Shown piece after piece: positions 1 to 11,400 of a DNA stretch of 47,140 nt (its first letter is position 1; the number at the start of each line of letters is the position of its first letter). The notes below the pieces were generated by a model. The model was not told where the DNA came from. It saw nothing but the letters and a program-made list of their open reading frames with translations, and did no database searches. The DNA lies in sequence record DRR723986_21860. One strand, written 5' to 3'. Made by a program: the position numbers and the translations under genes.

Positions 1-633
1 ATTGGCAAAACTCCAAGAAATTATGGATTTACTGAGCCTGAAAAGAAACTGAAAGAAAAAGATTTATTTGTAGAGTTTCTGTATGAGACTTTTTACAAAC
101 CTCTGGGCATGAATCGTACACGTTACAAACCATTAAAACATTTTAATGTCAACAGTATCGTTCCAACTGAAGATGAATCCTATTGGCGAAAACAATTGTT
201 GCAGGGACATGTACATGACCCAAATGCAGCGCTAATGGGAGGTGTAGGAGGTAATGCAGGAATGTTCTCGACAACAAATGATCTAGCAAAATTGTGTCAA
301 ATGTTGTTGAATTTAGGAGTGTATGATGACCAAAGATACTTGAAGGCAGAAACGGTTAGAAAGTTTACGTCAGCCCAAGAGAATTCGAGCAGAGGATTAG
401 GGTTCAATAAACGCACCATTTCCACCACCGGATACGGAATGGCTGATTCATCTTCGTTAATGACTTATGGCCATACAGGATTTACTGGTACTTGTTTTTG
501 GGTCGATCCAGAAGAGGATCTGATTTATATCTTTTTATCTAACCGAGTTCACCCTAAAGTCAATAATAGAATTTATCAATACGGCATCAGAAAACGTATT
601 CACAATGCGGCCTACGAAGCAAGGTTGAATTGA
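1..633 (+). CDS. Serine hydrolase / beta-lactamase-family domain, C-terminal part (5'-truncated by window edge; possibly a GH3 beta-N-acetylglucosaminidase fusion)
   Basis: Frame is open from base 1 (IGKTPRNYGF...KPLGMNRT). Contains KPLGM, GxVHDPNA, GNAGMFS and GHTGFTGT...DPEEDL..IFLSNRVHP motifs typical of the family. Confidence 0.85.
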   Translation: MGKTPRNYGFTEPEKKLKEKDLFVEFLYETFYKPLGMNRTRYKPLKHFNVNSIVPTEDESYWRKQLLQGHVHDPNAALMGGVGGNAGMFSTTNDLAKLCQMLLNLGVYDDQRYLKAETVRKFTSAQENSSRGLGFNKRTISTTGYGMADSSSLMTYGHTGFTGTCFWVDPEEDLIYIFLSNRVHPKVNNRIYQYGIRKRIHNAAYEARLN

Positions 634-643
634 CTTCAAGGCT

Positions 644-687
644 TGTTTGAGTGATCCTTACGGATAGTCAGGATAGTATCGAGAACA
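644..687. repeat. REP-like palindromic element
   Basis: tgtttgagtg-atcct...aggat-agtatcgagaaca: imperfect outer arms and an inner atcct/aggat inverted repeat, between convergent genes. Resembles intergenic repeats I recall from Flavobacteriia. Confidence 0.45.
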
Positions 688-768
688 CATTGAAATCAGT
701 GGTGCTTTAATTTGTTTTCAGTTAATAAGCGCCAGTTAACTTATTTGTTTCCAGGTTGGAGCCCTTAA

Positions 769-856
769 AATTTTCGGTCACCGAACGGAGTCCTTTCAAT
801 TTTTGATCACCAAGTGTAGTCTTTTTAATTTTTGGTCACCGAGCGGAGCCGAGGTG
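769..856. repeat. Three degenerate 29-bp tandem units ending in a REP-like element
   Basis: 769-797 aattttcggtcaccgaacggagtcctttc; 798-826 aatttttgatcaccaagtgtagtcttttt; 827-856 aatttttggtcaccgagcggagccgaggtg. Confidence 0.7.
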
Positions 857-862
857 CAAAAA

Positions 863-1648
863 TTATAAACTTTTTGTTCTACCACCATCAACAGGAATAT
901 TAATTCCATTGATGTAGCTAGCAGCTGGAGAAGCTAAAAATGCAATAGCATTAGCAACTTCATCAGGTTGAGCAATTCGCTTCATAGGTGATGCGTTACT
1001 CATTTCATTTAGGATTTCATCATACGAACGTCCTGTTTTTGCTGCTTTATTTTCGATTATGGATTTTAATCGAACAGTATTTGTTGCACCCGGAAGAACG
1101 TTGTTTACAGTAATGTTAAATTCACCTAATTCATTTGCCAATGTTTTGCTCCAGTTGGCAACAGCACCTCTAATCGTGTTTGAAACTCCTAAGTTCGGAA
1201 GTGGTTGCTTCACAGAGGTTGAAATAACATTAATTATTCGTCCGTATCCAGACGCCTTCATACTTTCCTTAACCGACTGCACCAAAATTTGATTACAAAT
1301 CAGGTGCATATTAAAGGCAATTCTGAACTCATCAATACTAGCTTCATTTGCTGGTCCTCCAGCTGGCCCTCCAGTATTGTTAATTAAAACATGTATATTC
1401 TTACCAGGCAAAAATTCATCTAATTTAGATTTCAATTCATCTGCTTTCGAGAAATCAGCAACCAAGTATTCGTGATGTTGATTTTCAGGAGTCGGTAACT
1501 CAGCTTGAACAGCTTTTAACTTCTCCTCATTTCGGGCAATTAGAATAATTGTTGCCCCCATAGAAGCCAATTCCATAGCTGTTGCTTTACCAATTCCTTG
1601 TGTACTTCCACAAACAATAGCAGTTTTATCTCCTAAATCTAAATTCAT
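863..1648 (-). CDS. SDR family NAD(P)-dependent oxidoreductase (FabG-like)
   Basis: CGSTQGIG Rossmann motif, NNTGGP, NNVLPG, YINGINIPVDGG. The catalytic YxxxK is replaced by SNTIR, as in an atypical SDR subgroup. Confidence 0.9.
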   Translation of the reverse strand: MNLDLGDKTAIVCGSTQGIGKATAMELASMGATIILIARNEEKLKAVQAELPTPENQHHEYLVADFSKADELKSKLDEFLPGKNIHVLINNTGGPAGGPANEASIDEFRIAFNMHLICNQILVQSVKESMKASGYGRIINVISTSVKQPLPNLGVSNTIRGAVANWSKTLANELGEFNITVNNVLPGATNTVRLKSIIENKAAKTGRSYDEILNEMSNASPMKRIAQPDEVANAIAFLASPAASYINGINIPVDGGRTKSL

Positions 1649-1664
1649 GCTGTTTAATTTGTTT

Positions 1665-1672
1665 CAAAAGTA
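1665..1672 (-). promoter_or_regulatory. Bacteroidota sigma70 -7 element (TACTTTTG) for the SDR gene
   Basis: Matches TAnnTTTG, 16 nt upstream of the ATG. Confidence 0.6.
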
Positions 1673-1723
1673 ATAACATCCGTGAATATGACATGGCTCA
1701 ATTAAGAATCAGTTCAATTGTTG

Positions 1724-1731
1724 TATTTTTG
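1724..1731 (+). promoter_or_regulatory. Bacteroidota sigma70 -7 element (TATTTTTG)
   Basis: Matches TAnnTTTG, 18 nt upstream of the ATG at 1750. Confidence 0.55.
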
Positions 1732-1749
1732 AAATCAAATTAGAAGATT

Positions 1750-4700
1750 ATGAAAAGATTTTTTGCTGGCGTTATAACGGTATTGCTTTTCTCTTGTGGA
1801 GAGGAAAAAGGGAGTAGTGGAGTTGTCGAAGAAGTTGAAGAATCTATTATGTATTTTACTGAATTAAGTGCCAATGAAACAGGTATTTCTTTTTCCAATG
1901 ACATTACAGAAACTGATTCCTTTAATTATTTCAATTATGAGTATATGTATAATGGAGGAGGGGTTGCAGTTGGTGATGTGAATAATGATGGGCTTGAAGA
2001 CCTTTATTTTACGGGTAATCAGGTTTCTGATAAATTGTATCTTAACAAAGGTGATATGAAATTTGAAGATGTTACCGAAAATGCTATTGGCCCTTTAGCT
2101 GAAAGAGGTTGGCATACAGGGGTTGTAATGCATGACATTAATGATGATGGTTGGTTAGATATTTATGTTTCTCGATCTGGGCCGGAATCTTTCAAAGCAG
2201 AGCTCTCTAATTTATTATTCGTAAATAGAGGTGATGGCACATTCGAAGAAAAGTCAAAAGAATTTGGTGTGGATGTTCAAAAACCTACTACCCAATCAGT
2301 ATTTTTTGACAAAGATAATGACGGTGATATGGATCTCTACGTAATGAATCATCCATACAATGATGATAAAACCGGTAATTTATCAGATAAAATCAAACAA
2401 ATAAACCGTTTACTTGAATCGGGGAGCCCATATTCGGATGTTTTACTTGAAAATAACAATGGTTTTTTTACTGATGTTACTTCTGAAGCAAATTTAAGTA
2501 ATCATGGATTTGGATTGGGGGTAGCTGCTGCAGATATAAATAGAGATGGCTATACAGATTTGTATATTTCAAATGATTACATTACTCCAGATTTTTTATA
2601 CATCAACAATGGAGATGGGACATTTGAAGATAGATCACAAAATCAGCTGTTGCACATGTCAAATTTTTCCATGGGAAATGATGTTGCTGATTTTAATAAT
2701 GACGGTTATTTAGATATCATGACTGTCGATATGGTATCTGAATTTCACGTAAGATCAAAAAAAAATATGGGCGGTATGAGCACAGATCGCTTCTGGAACG
2801 TTGTTGGACTCGGATATCATTATCAATATATGTTTAATTCGCTCCAGTTAAATAATGGAAACGGAACTTTTTCAGAAATCGCGCAAATGGCAGGTGTTTC
2901 CAAAACAGATTGGTCTTGGGCTCCCTTATTTGCCGATTTCAACAACGACGGGTTTAAAGATCTTTTTATAACAAATGGATATAGACGAGATGCCAGAGAT
3001 AATGATTATGCCAAGGGTTTAATCCCAGAAGTCGACCAAGCTAAAAGTTTAGAAGAAAAGCTAGAGTTGATGCCTAAAACGAAAATAGAGAACTATATGT
3101 ATATGAATAATGGCGATTTGACTTTTTCAAAAATGAATGCTGACTGGAATTGTGATCAATTGGTAAATACGAACGGCGCAGTTTATGCTGATTTAGACAA
3201 TGACGGTGATTTAGATCTTGTTTTAAATAATATGGATGAAAACTCATACATATTGAGGAATGACCAAAATGTTAACAATTACGTAAAATTTTCATTTGAA
3301 GAAAAAAACTTTGAAGGGGTTCTTATCCATGTTAAATCTGGCGAAAATGAGCAAACACAGGAGTTCAGGACGGTAAGAGGCTACCAAAGCGGGGTCAGTC
3401 GAATTCTACATTTCGGTCTAGGTAGAAACTCAGAAATAGATGAAGTCGAAATTTGTTGGCCAAATGGAAAAATTGAAATTCTTGAAGATCTCGGTGTAAA
3501 CAAAACTTACAGTATTTCTCCAAAAAACGCTAAGACTGTTGATTCACCTGATGATGAACCAGGGGGTATCTTTTCTGAATTGAATCATATTGATATAAAA
3601 CACAATGAGTCATTCGTGAATGATTTTGAAAAAGAAGTCTTACTACCCCATAAAATGTCTCAATTAGGTCCCTTTATTTCAAAAGGGGATGTGAATTCTG
3701 ATGGGTTAGAAGATTTCTATTTGTCAGGCTCCAGAGGTTATTCGGGTCAGCTTTATTTGGGGGCGTTGAATGGGTTTAAGAAACAAAATGGGCCTTGGTC
3801 GCAACAAAAAGATCGTGAGGAACTAGGTTCTGTGTTCTTTGATATTGAGGGGGACGGAGATTTAGATTTATATGTTGTTTCTGGATCTAACGAGTATAAT
3901 TATGATAGCCCTTTGTTGAATGACCAACTATATATAAATAATGGTCTTGGAGAATTTAGCAATAAATCTGCGGATTTACCTTCAATGACAACGTCTGGGC
4001 AAAAGGTAATAACAGGCGATTATGACAATGACGGAGATTTAGATTTGTTTATTGCAGGTAGACAAACTCCTGGATATTATCCATTCTCTCCAAGAAGTTA
4101 TTTGTTGGAGAATGATAAAGGTAAATTAACTGATGTCACAGAAAAAACCGAGACTCTGATGGGGCCAGGTATGATAACTGATGCTGAATTTGTGGATTTG
4201 GACGGAGATTTAGATCTGGATTTGGTTGTAGTTGGAGAATGGATGTCACCATCATTCTATAGAAACGACAATGGAAAATTTGTGGATATTTCTGTTCAAT
4301 TTGGTACAGAAAACTTTACAGGATGGTGGACTTCGGTTTCTGTTGGAGATTTAAATTCTGACGGTAAGCCTGATTTTGTGTTAGGAAATATTGGAATGAA
4401 CAATAAGTTTCATCCTTCTTTTGACGATCCGCTTGAGATTTATGTAGCCGATTTTGACGCTAATGGTACTTATGATATTGTCCTTGGAGAGTACGAGAAT
4501 GGTACTTGTTACCCAGTAAGAGGTAAACAATGTTCCTCAGAACAGATGCCTTTTGTTTCTGAAAAATTTCCAACATACAATGAATTTGCTACTGCAGATT
4601 TGACGAATATTTATGGCGAGAATAATTTAGAAAATGCATTGCACTTTTCTGCAACTGACTTTAAGAGCAAAATATTAATATCATCTGGTGACGAGTATAG

Positions 4701-5007
4701 AATAGTTTCTTTGATTAATGAAGCGCAAACGGGTCCATTGAATGCTGTTCTGATTGAAGATTTAAACAATGATGGCAATCTAGATATTTTAGGTTGTGGT
4801 AATAATTATGGTGCTGAAGTTGAGACCCCTCGATATGATGGAGGAAGAGGGTTCTGTTTGTTCGGTGATGGTAAAGGTGGATTTCAATTTGTTTCCACGG
4901 TAGAATCTGGCTTTTTTGTTAATTCTGATGCAAAAGATATGTTAAGAGTGAACGATATCTATGTAATAGTATCTAACAACTCTAAAGCGTTGTTTTTTAA
5001 ACGGTGA
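1750..5007 (+). CDS. FG-GAP/VCBS-repeat lipoprotein with ASPIC/UnbV domain (CRTAC1-like)
   Basis: Lipobox LLFSC, many DxDxDGxxD Ca-binding repeats in two blocks, and an ASPIC/UnbV signature GYQS...LHFGLG...EICWPNG. Confidence 0.9.
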   Translation: MKRFFAGVITVLLFSCGEEKGSSGVVEEVEESIMYFTELSANETGISFSNDITETDSFNYFNYEYMYNGGGVAVGDVNNDGLEDLYFTGNQVSDKLYLNKGDMKFEDVTENAIGPLAERGWHTGVVMHDINDDGWLDIYVSRSGPESFKAELSNLLFVNRGDGTFEEKSKEFGVDVQKPTTQSVFFDKDNDGDMDLYVMNHPYNDDKTGNLSDKIKQINRLLESGSPYSDVLLENNNGFFTDVTSEANLSNHGFGLGVAAADINRDGYTDLYISNDYITPDFLYINNGDGTFEDRSQNQLLHMSNFSMGNDVADFNNDGYLDIMTVDMVSEFHVRSKKNMGGMSTDRFWNVVGLGYHYQYMFNSLQLNNGNGTFSEIAQMAGVSKTDWSWAPLFADFNNDGFKDLFITNGYRRDARDNDYAKGLIPEVDQAKSLEEKLELMPKTKIENYMYMNNGDLTFSKMNADWNCDQLVNTNGAVYADLDNDGDLDLVLNNMDENSYILRNDQNVNNYVKFSFEEKNFEGVLIHVKSGENEQTQEFRTVRGYQSGVSRILHFGLGRNSEIDEVEICWPNGKIEILEDLGVNKTYSISPKNAKTVDSPDDEPGGIFSELNHIDIKHNESFVNDFEKEVLLPHKMSQLGPFISKGDVNSDGLEDFYLSGSRGYSGQLYLGALNGFKKQNGPWSQQKDREELGSVFFDIEGDGDLDLYVVSGSNEYNYDSPLLNDQLYINNGLGEFSNKSADLPSMTTSGQKVITGDYDNDGDLDLFIAGRQTPGYYPFSPRSYLLENDKGKLTDVTEKTETLMGPGMITDAEFVDLDGDLDLDLVVVGEWMSPSFYRNDNGKFVDISVQFGTENFTGWWTSVSVGDLNSDGKPDFVLGNIGMNNKFHPSFDDPLEIYVADFDANGTYDIVLGEYENGTCYPVRGKQCSSEQMPFVSEKFPTYNEFATADLTNIYGENNLENALHFSATDFKSKILISSGDEYRIVSLINEAQTGPLNAVLIEDLNNDGNLDILGCGNNYGAEVETPRYDGGRGFCLFGDGKGGFQFVSTVESGFFVNSDAKDMLRVNDIYVIVSNNSKALFFKR

Positions 5008-5058
5008 AATCCAAAAAGCTATTAATTTTTTAATTACTTTATAATTAATCATTTAATG

Positions 5059-5090
5059 TTTGTTTCTCAACTTAAGTTGTCTTAACTTTG
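5059..5090 (+). promoter_or_regulatory. Full Bacteroidota sigma70 promoter TTTG-N20-TAACTTTG
   Basis: TTTG at 5059-5062 and TAACTTTG at 5083-5090, canonical -33/-7 spacing, 30 nt before the ATG. Confidence 0.75.
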
Positions 5091-5120
5091 TTCCTTAAAT
5101 AAAAATTAAACGATTTAATT

Positions 5121-8100
5121 ATGAGAAAAATTTACCTAACTTTTGGGTTATTGGTAGGGATTACCTCCTTGTCTATCGCCCAGGATGATTGTGCTACAGC
5201 AACACCAGTTGTCGTTGGAGCGCAGCCAGCAATTCCAACGAATGCTGGAACCTTCGGAGGTGTCGGGGGAGGAGCTGGGAACAATAGTGCTCAATGGTAT
5301 TCTTTTGCCGTACCTTGTAATGGTACCTTAGATGTTGATGCATGCGGTGGAGGCGTTGATACTCGACTTTTTATTCATGACGGTTCAAGCGGATGCCCAA
5401 CTGCTGGTTCTACATTTTCAAATGATGATTTTTGTGCTGATGGTGCGACTGGATTTAACTGGGCTTCATCTTTGTCTGTTGCCGTGAATGGTGGAACGAC
5501 CTATTACATTGAGTGGGATGATACTTATGATGCTTCTGGTTTTCCATGGACACTGAATTATACACCTTTGGGTGGTCCTTCCAATATCACTTCCGCACCA
5601 ACTAATGTGTCAGCAGCAATTGATTGGGACAACACGAGTGGTACTTCATGGACTATCGAGTATGGTCTTGCAGGTTTCACTCAAGGAACTGGTACCAGTG
5701 TTACAGTTGGAAGTTCTGATTACAATATAACTGGTTTAAATCCTTTGACTGCATACGATTTTTATGTAACAGTTGATGATGGACCTTGCGCGGGTACTTC
5801 AGGTGCGAACCAATTTACAACTTTACCTCTTTGTCCAGAACCAACAGGTTTAACTACTACGCCAGGTGCAACAAATGCAATGTTTGATTGGACTCCAGGT
5901 GGTACAGAAGTTGTTTGGGACGTTGAATATGGTCAATCAGGTGTTTTATTAGGATCAGGAACACAAGCATATGATATTATTTTAGGTTCAGATACTACAG
6001 TGACTGGTTTAATGGGGTCTACGGGTTATGATTGGTATGTAAGAGCGGTGTGTGATTTAGTGGCTCCTAAAGATACCTTCTCTTTATGGGTTGGTCCTGA
6101 AGCGTTTACAACTGACCCTCTTTGCCCAGCTCCAACCGCTTTGGATACTGCCGGAGGCGATTCGTTTACTGCTGGCTTAAACTGGACACCAGGTGGTCTT
6201 GAAGGAATGTGGAACTACGAATGGGATACTACAGGATTTACTCCTGGAACAGGAACCATGGTGAATGGTACTATTTCTCCACTAGGACCTAATAATATCA
6301 TTACGGGATTAGTTCCTGGAGCGACATATGATTTTTACGTTCAAGCAGATTGTGGTGGAGGTGTTGGTACTTCTACTTGGGCTGGACCATTTACCTGGAC
6401 TCAACCTGAGTATTGTACAGATCCTTCAGCAGGAACATTTTCTAACATAACTACTACGTCTATGGACTTTTCTTGGACACCAGGTGGTCTTGAAAGCAAT
6501 TGGACAATCGAGTACGGAGTTAATGGATTTACTTTAGGTTCAGGAACTCAAATGCAAACTACAAATACGACTGAGTCAATCACAGGTTTAATGGTAGATA
6601 CTGATTATTGTTTCTATGTTCAAGCGAATTGTGGAGCAACACCAGATTCATCTTCGGGATGGGTTGGACCTTTCTGTCAAACTACTGATTTTACTTGTGG
6701 CGTTCCAACTAACCTTAATGCAATTAATATTACAACAACTGCTGCCAATTTAACGTGGATAGCTGGTGGTACTGAAACGGCATGGGCAGTTGAATGGGGA
6801 GCACCTGGATTTACTCCTGGATCAGGAACAGGTTCTGCAAACCCTACGACAACAAATCCTCATTATGCGACTGGTTTAACACCTGGTGGTTCTTATGATT
6901 TCTACGTGCAAGCAATTTGCGGTGCTGGAGACTCTTCACAGTGGGCTGGACCTTATACCTTCACTACCTTGTGTGCACCTGTGATTACAGCACCATATAC
7001 TCAAAATTTTGATGGAAGCACTTCAACTCCGGCTTGTTGGTCTAACCCTAATATCGGAGAAACATGGAAATTCCTCGCATCCGGTGGATTCGGACCTGAT
7101 TATGGTGTTGCTGGATCTGTAGATCATACCACAGGTTCTGGAAACTTTACATGGATTGATGCTTCTGGAGGAATCGGCGCAAATGAATTGATTTCACCTA
7201 TGATTGATATCTCGGGATTAACTACGCCAGGAGCTGGTTTCTGGATTTTGAGTAATAATATTGATGATATTGCTCAAAACACGGTTTCAATTGAAGCTTG
7301 GAATGGCACTGACTGGGTGCTTATGGGTACTTATGGTGCTAATGATTCGAATTGGGTTGAGGTTCAATTTTTAGTTCCTGCAGGAATTCCTGACACGACT
7401 CAATTCAGAATGGTTCAAACTGCATCTGTTGTCGGTGGTAGTTCATTTTTCAATGATTTATTAATTGATGACTTCTGGGTTGATGAAGGAACACCATGTC
7501 CTCCATTAACTGCGGGTACTGCTGTTACAGGTCCTTTTTGTACTGACGGGACGACTGATATTTTTGCTGCCGTAACTGGAGCTACTGATGATAGTGGAAC
7601 ATTCTGGTTCCCATCTGCAGCACCAGGAAATCAAAATTTCCAAGCTACAGCTGGATCGTTAGTTTTAACAGGGTTAGCTCCAGATACTGATTACACATTT
7701 GATTATGTTGTAAACAACGGATGTAGCCAAGATACTTTGTCTCTTATTTACAACTGGCATCTGGCTCCAAATGCAGGATCCAATGGTGCTGTAACAACAT
7801 GTGTTAACAATGATGTAATTCTTGTAAATGAATTAATGGGTGCTGTTGATAACGGAGGTACTTGGTCAGATGACAATGGTGCCGGAGGAATGGTTAATGG
7901 AATCTTTACTCCATTATTAGTTGCTCCTGGTAACTACGACTTCACTTACACAGTTGATGATGGAACATGTCAGTCATCTGCAACAGTTACTGTAACGGTA
8001 GATGGATGTGCAGGTGTTGAGGAAAATGCAATCGTTATGAGTGTATATCCTAACCCAGTTATCGATAACTTAACTGTTAACTTATCAAATGTTGATGCTA

Positions 8101-8267
8101 ACGCTATCGTTGAATTGTTCACAGTTCAAGGTCAGTCAGTAATGGCACCAACTGCTATTAATAACTCAACTATCAATGTAGATATGTCGAAAGTTGCTGA
8201 TGGGGTTTATATCCTTAAAGTAACTGCTAACGGTTCTACTGAAGAAGTAAGAGTAGTTAAGAAGTAA
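5121..8267 (+). CDS. T9SS type-A CTD secreted protein: PPC-like domain, 5 FN3 repeats, MAM-like domain
   Basis: Signal peptide; five W..GG.E..W..EYG..GF..G.GT...YDFYV.A.C repeats; MAM-like DHTTGSGNFTWID...LISPMID...IDDF; CTD VYPNP...GVYILKV...RVVKK. Confidence 0.85.
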   Translation: MRKIYLTFGLLVGITSLSIAQDDCATATPVVVGAQPAIPTNAGTFGGVGGGAGNNSAQWYSFAVPCNGTLDVDACGGGVDTRLFIHDGSSGCPTAGSTFSNDDFCADGATGFNWASSLSVAVNGGTTYYIEWDDTYDASGFPWTLNYTPLGGPSNITSAPTNVSAAIDWDNTSGTSWTIEYGLAGFTQGTGTSVTVGSSDYNITGLNPLTAYDFYVTVDDGPCAGTSGANQFTTLPLCPEPTGLTTTPGATNAMFDWTPGGTEVVWDVEYGQSGVLLGSGTQAYDIILGSDTTVTGLMGSTGYDWYVRAVCDLVAPKDTFSLWVGPEAFTTDPLCPAPTALDTAGGDSFTAGLNWTPGGLEGMWNYEWDTTGFTPGTGTMVNGTISPLGPNNIITGLVPGATYDFYVQADCGGGVGTSTWAGPFTWTQPEYCTDPSAGTFSNITTTSMDFSWTPGGLESNWTIEYGVNGFTLGSGTQMQTTNTTESITGLMVDTDYCFYVQANCGATPDSSSGWVGPFCQTTDFTCGVPTNLNAINITTTAANLTWIAGGTETAWAVEWGAPGFTPGSGTGSANPTTTNPHYATGLTPGGSYDFYVQAICGAGDSSQWAGPYTFTTLCAPVITAPYTQNFDGSTSTPACWSNPNIGETWKFLASGGFGPDYGVAGSVDHTTGSGNFTWIDASGGIGANELISPMIDISGLTTPGAGFWILSNNIDDIAQNTVSIEAWNGTDWVLMGTYGANDSNWVEVQFLVPAGIPDTTQFRMVQTASVVGGSSFFNDLLIDDFWVDEGTPCPPLTAGTAVTGPFCTDGTTDIFAAVTGATDDSGTFWFPSAAPGNQNFQATAGSLVLTGLAPDTDYTFDYVVNNGCSQDTLSLIYNWHLAPNAGSNGAVTTCVNNDVILVNELMGAVDNGGTWSDDNGAGGMVNGIFTPLLVAPGNYDFTYTVDDGTCQSSATVTVTVDGCAGVEENAIVMSVYPNPVIDNLTVNLSNVDANAIVELFTVQGQSVMAPTAINNSTINVDMSKVADGVYILKVTANGSTEEVRVVKK

Positions 8268-8286
8268 GTTTAATACTTTATATATC

Positions 8287-8320
8287 AAAGCCCTCTCGTG
8301 AAAACGAGAGGGCTTTTTTT
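8287..8320 (+). terminator. Intrinsic terminator
   Basis: aaagccctctcgt-gaaa-acgagagggcttt followed by a T tract. Confidence 0.9.
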
Positions 8321-8400
8321 GTGCCTTATAAACTTCTGTCGGTGCGTATTTAAGGCCAGCCAAGTTTCATAGCTTGAAAAAAATCGTTAATTTCATGATT

Positions 8401-11400
8401 ATGAAAAAAATCTACCTACTTTTTTTATTCTCGATAATTCTTAGTTTTTCTTCTTCGGCTGCAGTGTGCACAGTAAGTGATACTCAAACCGGAACAGATC
8501 AATCTGGATTTTCCGCAACAGTTACCAATTTTAATTGTTCGGCGCCCAACGCATTACTTTCTGTTACAATGGATGCATCAATCGGCACCAATTGTACCAC
8601 TGGTGGAGGTGGATTATATTATTATGATATTTATGTAAATGGAGCACTCGTGGCATCAGCGCAATGTGATCAATTAGGATTCGATTTAACGCCTTATTTG
8701 CCATTAACGTCAGTTTCTATTGTCGCAGTTGATGATCCAGCTGACGGCAACTTAGATGCTGTTACACTCGACTTAAATGTTCACATGACTTATAATTTGC
8801 CTTATCCAGAGCCTGCTGGTGTAACTTGCGGGAGCGGATCACCTTCAATCGTCTTTACAGATGATTTTGAAACTGGAATAGGATGGACTGGGGATATTGG
8901 AACGTCATTTGGAACCTGGAGATTACCAAATGCAAATCCAGGAGGAAACTCTGGAAATACCGGACCAAATGGCCCTCATAGTGGAACTACCTACGCAGAA
9001 TTTGAGGCAAGTGGTGCGGCATTTGGAACTTATAGTATCGTTTCACCGGCGGTGGACCTATCTTCTGCGACTGATGCCGCTGAATTGTCATTTTGGATGT
9101 ATGCTTATGGATCCAATATGGGAACTTTAAACGTAGGTGTTAGTACTTCTCCAACAGGACCATTTATTAATGAGTATACTTGGTCGGGTCAACATCAAAC
9201 AACAGATGCACAACCTTGGGCGAATATTGGTGTAGATATCAGTGCATATCTAGGTCAGGTTGTTTATATAGAATATTCATTAAGCCATGATGGCTCAGGA
9301 ATTTTAGGAGATATGGCAATTGATCTGATGGAGGTAACTTCATGTGCCTCATGTCCAACTCCCAATGCGCTTTTTGCTACTAATATTTTGGGTAGCTCTA
9401 TCCAATTGAATTGGACTGAAAATGGATCTGCTTCAAATTGGGTAATCGAGTACGGTTCTGTAGGATTTACTCCAGGGACTGGCACTTCTGTTCCGGCTGG
9501 ATCCAATCCTTATACTTTGAATGGGTTAAATCCAACAACTTCTTACGATATTTACGTAAGATCGAATTGTATTGGAGATACCTCATTGTATCATGGGCCA
9601 TTGCAAGTTAACACCTTAATCGATAATCTGAATTGTGGTTCAGGTTTGCCTTCTGCGATATACCATGCAGATTTTGAATCTGGATTTCCTACTGATTGGT
9701 CGCAAAGTGCGTTTACTTTGCCTCAATGGACTTATAATACAGGAGCGACTTCGACACCAGGTACTGGCCCAAACTCGGCCTCGCTTAATTCAGGCTATTT
9801 ATATTTTGAAACATCAGGAGGGGTATTTGGAGACACAGACACTTTATATTCCCCGATTGTTGACTTATCGACAGTCATTGCGAACGCAAGACTTGTCTTT
9901 TATTATCACATGTTCGGCGCATCTATTGGTGATTTAGAAGTGGAGGCTTCTTCTGATCAAATGTCTTGGGTAAACGTATTCTCTCAATCCGGACAAGTCC
10001 AAACAAGTTCTACTGATGAGTGGATACCCGCAAATGCAGATTTGTCAGCTTTTGCTGGCGGCCAGGTATATCTTAGATTAATCGCAACGCGCGGTTCAAG
10101 CTTTACAGGAGATATGGCAATAGATGATTTCTCTGTAGAAGGATGTGTAGCTTGTCCTTCACCAACCTTAATTTCAGTAACAGATTCAACTGAAACGACT
10201 GTGGAATTGAGTTGGACCGCTGGAGGAAGTGAAGCTAATTGGGTAATTGAATACGGTGCACCAGGATTCACACCTGGAACTGGTACTAGCGTGAATGTTG
10301 CTTCCAATCCTGCATCTGTAACGGGTTTAACTGATAATACTACTTACGACTTTTATATTTATGCTAATTGCGGAGGTGGAAACTTTAGTTTAGAGGCTGG
10401 ACCAGTTACTGGTTCTACAGGGGTTTATTGTGCGGCACCTCAGTTTTTTGGATTTGAGTATGCCTCAAATGATACCGTTTCAATGCAATGGATTGCTGGA
10501 GGTTCTGAAACTTCGTGGAATATTGAGTGGGGTCCAACGGGATTCACGCCTGGATCTGGGACTACTTATTCTACAAGCACAATTCCAGATTCACTATTCG
10601 GTTTAGCAGCGGGAGGAATTTTTGATTTTTATGTGCAGGCAGATTGTGGAATGGGGGCAAACAATCCTTGGACTGGTCCAATTACTTATGCTTCTCCTGC
10701 TTTAAACGATTTATCATGTGATTTTATTCCCATTCCTGTTGATGGTTCAACAACAATTTTTTCTAATGTCGGAGCCACTACATCTGTAGGAGAGCCGTCA
10801 ACTGGTTTTAATACGGTTTGGTTTACTTTTGTTGCCCCACCTTCCGGATATGTGGAGATTACCACTTGTGGTGCAGATTTCAATAATTATCTTGAAATTT
10901 TTGAATCTTCTGATTGTGCGAATTACGGACTTTATACTTTTATAGACTTGGCTCTTGGAAATCCATTCCCAACTTGTACTGATGCCAACGCGGCAGGGAT
11001 TAATGTCTGTTATTTCACACCTGGTAAAACCTATTATTTAGCTGTAGGTTCTGAAAACGCCTCAGATGAAGGTATTTTTCCGTTAACGATTACAGAAATT
11101 AATCAAGTGTCTGCTGGATCCGCGTCAACCGTAATGCTCTGTGAGAGCATGACTTCTTATTCACTTTTCAGTGCGATTTCAGGAAACAATACAACTGATG
11201 GTCAGTGGTATTCGCCAACGGTCGGCGCAGGGAATGGGGTTAGTGAAATTATCAATCCGAGTTTATTAACGGCTGGTACGAATGATTTTCATTATGTAGA
11301 GGTGAACGCTTGTACATCTGACACCGTTCATGTTCCAATTGAGATCGTTGAATATCCTAATACAGGTACTGGGCAAATATTATCTCAGATTTGTAATTTT

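Noticed and set aside
731-741. Direct repeat gccagttaact shared with 18929-18939 as possible island attachment sites
   Set aside because: Only 11 bp, no integrase or tRNA nearby, and the enclosed region includes ordinary metabolic genes.
769-856. CRISPR array
   Set aside because: Units are contiguous and degenerate, with no unique spacers and no cas genes in the window.
8166-8363. 65-aa minus-strand ORF across the terminator
   Set aside because: It overlaps a real CDS end and a clear terminator, and has no recognisable features.
8374-8400. Upstream TTG starts for the ORFs at 8374, 11943, 23201, 32408, 37248 and 39820
   Set aside because: Downstream ATGs give better signal peptides or agree with promoter positions.
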